A stretch of 64,000 nucleotides of DNA, from assembly GCA_963822445.1 (NCBI GenBank), contig CAWGHO010000002.1, positions 992,001-1,056,000 of the forward strand, written 5' to 3'. Positions 37,427 to 45,089 of the stretch are shown piece after piece. The notes beneath the pieces were generated by a model, which saw only the letters and a program-made list of their open reading frames with translations, did no database searches and was not told the DNA's origin. This stretch comes from an uncultured Acidobacteriota bacterium (GTDB taxonomy: Bacteria > Acidobacteriota > Thermoanaerobaculia > Gp7-AA8). Both the position numbers and the translations under genes were made by a program. Position 1 is the stretch's first letter; every line of letters begins with the position of its first letter.

Positions 37427-38040
37427 TGGAGCGAGACGCGATCAAAGAAGCTCTCGACGCGGCGCAGCCACTTCTGTTCGAGCGGAACTACCCGGAAGCA
37501 TGCCGGCTGATGCGCGATAGGTTCGAGACGGCACGAGCGGAGGGAAGATCGGAGGATGCCGCCGCTTTGAGCGGCATCCTCGCTACATATCTGTCGCTCG
37601 CCGGCGATGAAGCCGCGGCACACGAGGCATACACTCAAGCGGAAGAGTTGCAACCAAACAACCCGCATCATTCGTTGGCAACGGCAAAGCATCTGTTCTT
37701 GCAGCTCGGTAAGAAGGCGAAAGCGCGGGAGAAAATCGATCAGCTGCTGGCGCGCGAACACGATCCGCTCTTCGGCTACAAAGCACGAATCATCATGGGC
37801 CGTTTTGCCCTCGCTGAAAAAGCGACCGAACGTGCAGCGGTGCATCTGAAGGAAGCGCACGATATCGCCAGCTCCGCGGACCTGCTTCCGATCTGGTGGG
37901 ACACGTATCTCGCGAAGAAGTTGCTCGACAAAGCGCCTGAAGCGCGCGCGTATCTCGACGATCTGCTTACGCGGGCACGCGCGGCCGGCGACGAGCGAGT
38001 TGTGAACGAGATCGAAGAACTCTTCGGCGCAGCGACCTAA
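37426..38040 (+). CDS. Putative immunity protein, TPR-like helical repeats
   Basis: TGATG coupling to the orphan tip; G....A...Y..A.EL.P.N TPR-like pattern; no signal peptide. Confidence 0.72.
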   Translation: MERDAIKEALDAAQPLLFERNYPEACRLMRDRFETARAEGRSEDAAALSGILATYLSLAGDEAAAHEAYTQAEELQPNNPHHSLATAKHLFLQLGKKAKAREKIDQLLAREHDPLFGYKARIIMGRFALAEKATERAAVHLKEAHDIASSADLLPIWWDTYLAKKLLDKAPEARAYLDDLLTRARAAGDERVVNEIEELFGAAT

Positions 38041-38069
38041 CGCAACGATCGCGTGAAAGCGACGGGCGA

Positions 38070-39101
38070 TCACTTCCGCGTCGACCGCCGCCGCCCCCCG
38101 GCACAACTGAACGCTTCGGCGTGCTCGGCATCCTGAATCGCGTACGACTGCGCCTGGTTTCGCGTGAATGACGTCGTCGCGTAGGACGAGACGATCAGAG
38201 CGCGATTGCGTTGCGGGTCGTACGGCTCGAGCAGCGTCGTGACGTCGCCGCCGAGGTTCGCGTGCACGTCGAGCATCCTCGCTTCGGCGGCACAGTCGAG
38301 CGGCAGCGCGTCCATGCGCAACGTCTTGCGCTGGCGATTGCGGTCGCTGACCCAGGAAATCTCCTTGCGCTTTGCGTCATAGACCACGCTCCAGCGCGTC
38401 GATCCCGGTTGGGCCACGCTCGACAGGATCTCGAATGCACGGTCCACCGACGCCGAGCCTGAACGAAGCATCGTCGCGGCGCGCGCGAAGCGGTCGAGTG
38501 AGCTGAACGTCGACGCCTTCGGACGCGAATTCAGATAGGACACCGAACGGGCGTAGCTGTCGTTGGTCAGGACCGCCGCGGGCAGCGACGCGCCGCGATG
38601 AACGACCAGGTTTCCGCCGAGGTATTCGATCGTCGCCGCGTCACCGGTGGCGTCGGCGATCAGGTAGTGAAGAGGCGTGCCGCCGGCGATGCGGGTGCGC
38701 TCGACGTGGGCGAGCATCTCCTCGACCGAGCCGTAGTTGTCGAGGCCGTACTGAATCCACTCCAGCACGCGCAGCGACGGGCGCTCGTCACGCGGGTAGA
38801 CCGTCTCATCGAGCCACATCAACGCGATCACCAGGCCGACCTCGTTCATCCCGTCCATCGGGAACTCGCGTCCCCACTGGTTGAACGTGACGCTGGCATA
38901 GCGCGTCGTCCAGCGCAGCGTCCCGGCCATCGAGGTCTTCGCGACTCCGCGGGCGTTGGTCATGACGTAGCCCTGGCCGATCTCGAAGTCGTAGTTGCGG
39001 CCGAACAACGCCTCGCCGTCGCCGGCCATGCAGAACGTGGTGCAGGGAAACGCAAGCGGCGCCGTGGAGAGGACGAGAGCGAGCAGCAACGCGCGATGCA
39101 C
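38070..39101 (-). CDS. Secreted linear amide C-N hydrolase (choloylglycine hydrolase / penicillin V acylase family) with RRRSTRK tail
   Basis: Signal peptide then CTTF nucleophile, GRNYDF, DGMNE.GL, LHYLIAD..G, LTN, S..RF. Confidence 0.9.
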   Translation of the reverse strand: MHRALLLALVLSTAPLAFPCTTFCMAGDGEALFGRNYDFEIGQGYVMTNARGVAKTSMAGTLRWTTRYASVTFNQWGREFPMDGMNEVGLVIALMWLDETVYPRDERPSLRVLEWIQYGLDNYGSVEEMLAHVERTRIAGGTPLHYLIADATGDAATIEYLGGNLVVHRGASLPAAVLTNDSYARSVSYLNSRPKASTFSSLDRFARAATMLRSGSASVDRAFEILSSVAQPGSTRWSVVYDAKRKEISWVSDRNRQRKTLRMDALPLDCAAEARMLDVHANLGGDVTTLLEPYDPQRNRALIVSSYATTSFTRNQAQSYAIQDAEHAEAFSCAGGRRRSTRK

Positions 39102-39211
39102 CCGCTCACTATGCAGCGGCGTCGGGCGGGCGCGGCCGGCGTTCACGCGAAGTTTGCCGCCGTGTCCCTCTTTTTTTCCGTTTTGCGCTTTCGGAGACAA
39201 GGAGGAAGTTC

Positions 39212-39822
39212 ATGAGATCTTCGAATACGCATTGGATTCTGTTTGCCGCATGCCTGCTGCTCTGCGCTCCCGGCGCTTCGGCGGAAACGCCGGGATACGA
39301 CCGGTACTGGACGACTGTCGGCTCGGCCGGGACCCTCGATGAAGATTCCGACGGGAAATCTTCTTCAGCCACGCCGTGGTGCAGAAGGGCGACATGCCCG
39401 AGATCGGGAAGGCCCGTCGCCAGATTCGGACCGACGGCGGGGTCGAAGAGACCGATTCCGCGGTCATTCGTTACAACGTCACGGCGGTGGATGGACTGTT
39501 CGGAGGACCCGACGTCGTGATGGCGATCCGCTTCCGCGACGAGGGGAAGAGCGCGCGGGTCGAGGCGCGGCTCATCGAGGTGGACCTGTACACCGGAGCC
39601 GAGGTGACGCGCCTGACGTTCGACAGCAACGCCGGCGTTCCCGAGGAGAGCGGGTACCACGTGCACGAGGTGTTCGACTGCCTCGGGCGCGGGGACGAGG
39701 CCTTCGATTTCACGCGGAAGGCCTACTACATCGAAGCGACCCTCACGACCAGCTCGTTCGTGCTGGAGAGCGTGGCCGGAATCGAGATCATTCACGTGCG
39801 CGCGACAACCTGCGACATCTGA
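39212..39822 (+). pseudogene. Secreted hypothetical protein split by a 1-nt frameshift near 39356-39358
   Basis: AAGGAGG RBS, signal peptide, ...DEDSDGK in one frame; continues IFFSHAVVQKG...ATTCDI in the -1 frame with host-like codon usage. Confidence 0.75.
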
Positions 39823-39837
39823 CGCGCTCCGACATTC

Positions 39838-39866
39838 CGTGTGGCGTCTCGCGGAGACGCCACACG
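39838..39866. terminator. Hairpin between convergent genes (possible bidirectional terminator)
   Basis: Perfect 13-bp IR CGTGTGGCGTCTC-GCG-GAGACGCCACACG; weak U-tract. Confidence 0.55.
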
Positions 39867-39871
39867 TTTCG

Positions 39872-40249
39872 CTACTCGCCCACGAGCGCGTGAATGTTGC
39901 CGTCGGGATCCTTGAACCACGCCACGCGCATGCCGTCGGATCCGTAGATGTCGCCCTCGCGTTTCATGTCGGGCATGTCGTAGTGCTCGAACTTCACACC
40001 CTTCTGTTTGAGCGAGTCGACGACGTCGACGATGTCCGGACCGACATCCCAGGTGACCGCGGTGGCCTGGTTCGTTCCCGCGTATTGCGAGCGGTAGACG
40101 AAAAGCGATGACGGCCCGGCGCTGAAGGTGAGCGCTTCCTCTCCCTCCGTTTCGGTCACGGTGAGACCGAGCACGCCCTCATAAAACTCGCGGGCGGCGG
40201 CGAGATCGCGAACGGCGGCGGTGGCGATGGCAGGTTTCGTTGCAAGCAT
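39872..40249 (-). CDS. VOC/glyoxalase family protein
   Basis: V.DL..AREFY..VLGL, L..KGV.F, AWFKDPDGN. Confidence 0.9.
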   Translation of the reverse strand: MLATKPAIATAAVRDLAAAREFYEGVLGLTVTETEGEEALTFSAGPSSLFVYRSQYAGTNQATAVTWDVGPDIVDVVDSLKQKGVKFEHYDMPDMKREGDIYGSDGMRVAWFKDPDGNIHALVGE

Positions 40250-40273
40250 CCGCACATCGTATTCTCCGTGGAC

Positions 40274-40726
40274 ATGAGTCTCATCGAAGAAGTCGGCCCC
40301 GGTCTCGACGGCCTGTCGCAACTGCGCGCCCTCATTGCAGCGGGGCGCAAGCCGGGAATCGCCCACTCGCTGCAATTCGAGCTGGTCGAGGTCGACCGCG
40401 GACGGGCCGTGTTCGCGGGCACGCCGGGCGAGCATGCGTACAACCCGCTGGGCACGGTGCACGGAGGCTACGCGGCCACGCTGCTCGATTCCGCGTGCGG
40501 CTGCGCGGTGCATTCGATGCTCACCGACACGCAGGCCTACACCACGCTGGAGCTGAAGGTCGCCTTTCACAAGGCCATCACCCGCGATACGGGCATGCTT
40601 CGCGCGGAAGCGACGATCGTGTCCATCGGACGGCGCGCCGCGTTTTCTGAAGGAAGACTCGTCGACGCGGAGGGGCGGCTGTACGCGTCGGCGACGTCGA
40701 CGCTGCTGATCTTCGAGCGGCGCTAG
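40274..40726 (+). CDS. PaaI family thioesterase
   Basis: NPLGTVHGGYAATLLDSACG; hot-dog fold pattern. Confidence 0.92.
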   Translation: MSLIEEVGPGLDGLSQLRALIAAGRKPGIAHSLQFELVEVDRGRAVFAGTPGEHAYNPLGTVHGGYAATLLDSACGCAVHSMLTDTQAYTTLELKVAFHKAITRDTGMLRAEATIVSIGRRAAFSEGRLVDAEGRLYASATSTLLIFERR

Positions 40727-40914
40727 ACCAGCATCGAGAACAACTTCAACGCGCGCCGCTCGATCCGGCTCAAAGCCCGCTCGAAGTGTTTGACGTCCAC
40801 CGGCTGGAGCTCGGCCGCCGACACGTCGCCGCGGAGCTCGCGGGCCTGCTTGAGGACCGTGTCCAGCAGCAGCATGGTGGACATCGTGGCGTGAGCCTGG
40901 GCGCCGGAGTCCAT
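40723..40914 (-). CDS. Small helical hypothetical protein (63 aa)
   Basis: TGATG coupling to the upstream response regulator; fills the gap up to the PaaI stop. Confidence 0.55.
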   Translation of the reverse strand: MDSGAQAHATMSTMLLLDTVLKQARELRGDVSAAELQPVDVKHFERALSRIERRALKLFSMLV

Positions 40915-41324
40915 CAGTGCGCCTCCACCGGCCCGCGTCCGCCGCAGGCCAGCACTTCGCCGACCAGCTCATCCAGCTCGAACGGTTTGCGCATCACCCG
41001 CCGAACCAGGCCGGCGTCATCGAAATCGCGCAGCGTCGATTGGGCAACCGCGGTCAGCACGATCGTGCGCGGCAGAAGGTCCGGCTCGCGGCTCTTCAAC
41101 TCCCGGATCACTTCGAAACCGTTCCTGACCGGCAGCATCAGGTCCAGCACGACCACGTCGTAGCGCTGCGCGCGCAATCGCTTCAAGGCCGCCTCACCGT
41201 CGCCGACGCATTCAGCGACCACGTCCGTCCTCCGCCTGAAGACGGTCGTCATCAACTGCTGGATCCCTTCGTCGTCGTCGACGAAGAGAAGCCGAAGTGC
41301 AGTACCGGGCGAGTTGGGGACCAT
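40914..41324 (-). CDS. Single-domain response regulator (CheY-like)
   Basis: FVDDD, VLDLMLP..NG, VLTA, RKPF; no output domain. Confidence 0.9.
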   Translation of the reverse strand: MVPNSPGTALRLLFVDDDEGIQQLMTTVFRRRTDVVAECVGDGEAALKRLRAQRYDVVVLDLMLPVRNGFEVIRELKSREPDLLPRTIVLTAVAQSTLRDFDDAGLVRRVMRKPFELDELVGEVLACGGRGPVEAH

Positions 41325-41534
41325 GGCGACGGGTGCTGAGTTCGATTTATCTATCCCGCAACCGTCGCGCTGTCGGTACGCTACCGAACCTTTTTGGAAC
41401 GCAATTCCACCTACCCTGCGCCGGTTGTTGCGTGGGCACCCACTCACTTCGGCATCCGGCCAGACACAAAGCGCGTGTCTCCTCTCCCGAATGTCGTCGC
41501 GGTTTTCGGACCCGGCGCTCATCAGGAGAAGGTC

Positions 41535-42269
41535 ATGACCACGTCCCACGAGGCAGTCTCGAGCGGTAACCCATTTCTGGACGCTCTATCAGCCGGCCTG
41601 GGAGGCCGCCTGGCAATCATCGAGGAAGAGCGGGTGAACCATGAGGTGCTCATCGAAGCGGACGAGCCGACTGAGTGGCTCTACTTCCCGCATCGTGGCG
41701 CGCTCATCTCGCTGACCCGCGCCAGCGACAGCGGCGCCACCGTCGAGGTTGGCATCGTCGGATTCGAAGGCCTGGCCACTATGCATGCCCTCCTCGCCCC
41801 GCAAAGCATCGGCGCGGAAGGGGTCGTTCAACTCAGCGGCCGGATCTCCCGTGTGGCATTGCAGGAAGTTCGCGACGCGATCAATGACAACGCGGAAGCC
41901 CGCGAGCTGATCTTCGCCTACGCCGGCGCGTTCCTGACGCAGGTTTCGCAGCACGCTCTCTGCAACCGCCTCCACACCATCGAGCAGCGCCTGGCCAAAT
42001 GGCTCCTCGGCGTCCGCGATCGAATCGACACCGACGAGATCGGCCTGACTCACGATTTTCTTTCGCACATGCTCGGCATTCGCCGCTCGGGAGTGACCGT
42101 GGCCATCGGCGCACTGGCGCTCGACGGTCTCATCCAGCATTCGCGCAGCAGCATCACCATCACCGATCGCGAAGGACTCGAAAGCCGTGCGTGCGAATGC
42201 TATGGAGTGATCGTGGAAGCGACGCGGCCGCTGCTCGAGCGTCTTCAAACCACCACCGTCACATCCTGA
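41535..42269 (+). CDS. Crp/Fnr family transcriptional regulator
   Basis: AGGAG RBS; cNMP-binding-like domain, CNRLH..EQRLA.WLL, LTHDFLS.MLG.RRSGVT HTH, ACECY. Confidence 0.92.
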   Translation: MTTSHEAVSSGNPFLDALSAGLGGRLAIIEEERVNHEVLIEADEPTEWLYFPHRGALISLTRASDSGATVEVGIVGFEGLATMHALLAPQSIGAEGVVQLSGRISRVALQEVRDAINDNAEARELIFAYAGAFLTQVSQHALCNRLHTIEQRLAKWLLGVRDRIDTDEIGLTHDFLSHMLGIRRSGVTVAIGALALDGLIQHSRSSITITDREGLESRACECYGVIVEATRPLLERLQTTTVTS

Positions 42270-44148
42270 CCTGCGCGCCGAGCTCGATCACCTGATTGGG
42301 CGGAAGCGAGAAGAACGCCGAGGCGCTGCTGGCGTTGCGGGTCATCGAGGCGAAGAGATGCTCGCGCCAGATGGCCATGCCCGGATGATCGGTCGGAATG
42401 AGCGTCTCCCGGCCGAGGAAGTAGCTGGTCGTCATCGGGTCGAATGAGACCGGCCCCTTGATCCGCTCGAGCAGAGCAGGGATGTCGGGATCTTCCATGA
42501 ATCCGAAGCGCACGATCAGGCGATAAACGCCCTGACCGAGCTCGAGCCACTCGCTGCGCTCTTCGTCAGCGAGGTGCGCGGTCTCCTCGACGTTCACGCT
42601 GAGCAGCACCACCTTCTCGTGCACGACCTTGTTGTGCTTGATGTTGTGCAGCAGCGATGTCGGGATGCCGTCGTGCTGCCGGGTCATGAAGATCGCCGTG
42701 CCGCGCACGCGGTGAACGCGGCCTCCCGCCAGCTCGGCGACGAACGCGTCGGTGCTGATCGCGCTTTCGGCAAGCCGCGACGTGAGAATCCGCCGCCCGG
42801 TGAACCACGTGGACATGATCGTGAAGATCGTCACGCCGACGAGCATCGGGAACCACCCGCCGTCGGCGATCTTGATGATGTTCGAGCCGAAGAAGGAAAG
42901 GTCGATGATCGCGAACGGCACCACCAGGGCGAGCACCTTGGGAATGCTCCAGCCCCAGCGCTCGCGCGCGACGACCGCGAGGAGCGTCGTGGTGACGGTC
43001 ATGGTCGTGACGACGGCGATGCCGTATGCGCCGACGAGGTTCGTGGCTTCGCGGAAGCCGAGAACCAGCCCGATGGCGCAGAGCATCAGCAGCCAGTTCA
43101 CGGAGGGGATGTAGATCTGGCCGATCTCGCGCTCCGAGGTGTGGCGGATGCGCATGCGGGGCAGATAGCCGAGCTGCACGGCCTGACGCGTGAGCGAATA
43201 CGCGCCGGTGATGACCGCCTGCGACGCGACCGCCGCGGCCAGCGTCGCCAGAATCACCAGCGGCAACAGAGCCCATCGCGGCGCGAGCAGGTAGAAGGGA
43301 TCGCTGGCCGCTTTCGGATTGTGAAGGAGCAGCGCCCCCTGGCCAAAGTAGTTCAGCAGCAGCGCCGGGAAGACCGCCGCGAACCAGGCCACGCGGATCG
43401 GCTTCGGACCGAAGTGACCCATGTCCGCGTAGAGCGATTCGCCTCCTGTCACGACGAGAAAGACAGTGCCCAGCACGAGGTAGCCGGCCAGTTGATGCTC
43501 CATGAAAAAGCGCACGGCCCAGATCGGATTCGCGGCCACGAGCACCTGCGGGACGCGAAGGATGTTGTAAACGCCGAGGACCGCCAGCGTGGAGAACCAG
43601 ATCAACATCAGCGGTCCGAAGAGCATCCCCACGCGCGCGGTGCCATGTTTCTGCACCGCAAAAAGTGCGATCAGGGCGATCACGGTCAGGGGAACGACAG
43701 CTTTCGCGAAAACAGGCGTGACCACGCTGATGCCCTCGATCGCGCTGAGCATGGTGATGGCCGGCGTGATCATGCCGTCGCCGTACAGCAGCGCCGCTCC
43801 GAACAGTCCGAGGGCGATGAGGACCGTGCGACGCTTGCCGCGGCGTTGCGATTCGCGCGGGCGCACCAGGGACAGGAGGGCCAGCGTGCCGCCTTCGCCG
43901 CGGTTGTCCGCGCGCAGAACGAAGACCAGATATTTGATGGAGATGACCAGGGCCAACGCCCAGGTGATGAGGGAGAGGATGCCCAGCACGTTGGCGGGCG
44001 TGACCGCGAGCTGATGCCCGTGATGGGGCATGAAGCACTCTTTGAGCGCGTACAGCGGGCTGGTTCCGATGTCGCCATACACGACACCGAGCGCGCCCAG
44101 CGACAGAGTGAGGAAGTAGCGCTTGCTGTGCTGCTCAGGCGCGGTCAT
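42259..44148 (-). CDS. kup: KUP/HAK/KT potassium transporter
   Basis: LGVVYGDIGTSPLY, ADNRGEGG, GDGMITPAI, LYADMGHF, GQIYIP.VN, FGFME, IELG. Confidence 0.96.
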   Translation of the reverse strand: MTAPEQHSKRYFLTLSLGALGVVYGDIGTSPLYALKECFMPHHGHQLAVTPANVLGILSLITWALALVISIKYLVFVLRADNRGEGGTLALLSLVRPRESQRRGKRRTVLIALGLFGAALLYGDGMITPAITMLSAIEGISVVTPVFAKAVVPLTVIALIALFAVQKHGTARVGMLFGPLMLIWFSTLAVLGVYNILRVPQVLVAANPIWAVRFFMEHQLAGYLVLGTVFLVVTGGESLYADMGHFGPKPIRVAWFAAVFPALLLNYFGQGALLLHNPKAASDPFYLLAPRWALLPLVILATLAAAVASQAVITGAYSLTRQAVQLGYLPRMRIRHTSEREIGQIYIPSVNWLLMLCAIGLVLGFREATNLVGAYGIAVVTTMTVTTTLLAVVARERWGWSIPKVLALVVPFAIIDLSFFGSNIIKIADGGWFPMLVGVTIFTIMSTWFTGRRILTSRLAESAISTDAFVAELAGGRVHRVRGTAIFMTRQHDGIPTSLLHNIKHNKVVHEKVVLLSVNVEETAHLADEERSEWLELGQGVYRLIVRFGFMEDPDIPALLERIKGPVSFDPMTTSYFLGRETLIPTDHPGMAIWREHLFASMTRNASSASAFFSLPPNQVIELGAQVRM

Positions 44149-44225
44149 CGAACGGGCGTGAAGTGTAGCAGTGAAGCGGCGGGCTGAAACTCAGCCGGAT
44201 TCGGCGCGTATTCGGTGCAACGTCC

Positions 44226-45089
44226 ATGCTTTCAATAACCAACCTCTCCAAGACCTACGCCAATGGCGTGCGCGCCCTCCACGATGTGACGCTGGAGATC
44301 GGCAACGGCCTCTTCGGCCTTCTCGGTCCGAACGGCGCCGGTAAATCGACGCTCATGCGGACGATCGCCACGCTTCAGGAACCGGACCAGGGGGCGATCA
44401 CTTTCGCCGGCCGCAACGTCGTGGCCGACCCCCGCTTCCTCCGCCGCCAGCTCGGCTATCTGCCGCAGGACTTCGGCGTGTATCCGAAGATTCCGGCGTT
44501 CGATCTCCTCGACCATCTGGCCGTTCTGAAGGGATTGGGCAGCCGCGCGCAACGGGTGTCGCAGGTCGAGTCGCTGCTGCATCTCACGAATCTCTACGAC
44601 GTTCGCAGGCGCGCGGTGAGCTCATTCTCCGGCGGCATGAAGCAGCGCTTCGGCATCGCCCAGGCCCTCCTCGGCGACCCGAGGCTGATCATCGTCGACG
44701 AGCCGACGGCCGGGCTCGATCCCGAAGAGCGCAATCGCTTTCACGATCTGCTCAGCGAGATCGGCGAGAACGTCGTGGTCATCCTGTCGACGCACATCGT
44801 CGATGACGTGAGCGATCTCTGCTCGCGCATGGCCGTGCTCGCGGGCGGGCGGGTGTTGCTGCAGGGCAGGCCGGCAGAGCTGATCGAGAAGCTCGAAGGG
44901 CGGGTGTGGCGGAAGACGATCCGCAAGGACGACATCCCGCGGTATCGCGAGTCGCACACCGTGTTATCGACTCGCCTGTTCGGTGGCGAGACGCGGATTC
45001 ACCTGCTCGCCGACGAACGTCCCGAAGAGGGATTCGAGGTCGTGCCGGCTGACCTCGAAGACGTGTATTTCTCCGTCCTCCGCGCATGA
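44226..45089 (+). CDS. ABC transporter ATP-binding protein
   Basis: GPNGAGKST, FSGGMKQR, VDEPTAGLD, LSTH, LEDVYF. Confidence 0.95.
   Translation: MLSITNLSKTYANGVRALHDVTLEIGNGLFGLLGPNGAGKSTLMRTIATLQEPDQGAITFAGRNVVADPRFLRRQLGYLPQDFGVYPKIPAFDLLDHLAVLKGLGSRAQRVSQVESLLHLTNLYDVRRRAVSSFSGGMKQRFGIAQALLGDPRLIIVDEPTAGLDPEERNRFHDLLSEIGENVVVILSTHIVDDVSDLCSRMAVLAGGRVLLQGRPAELIEKLEGRVWRKTIRKDDIPRYRESHTVLSTRLFGGETRIHLLADERPEEGFEVVPADLEDVYFSVLRA

Noticed and set aside
39350-39362. Programmed -1 ribosomal frameshift
   Set aside because: GGGAAAT is not in the X-XXY-YYZ register of the upstream frame (codons GGG AAA TCT); an indel is more likely.
41394-41409. Sigma-54 promoter TGGAAC-GCAA-TTCC
   Set aside because: Lacks the invariant GC at -12.
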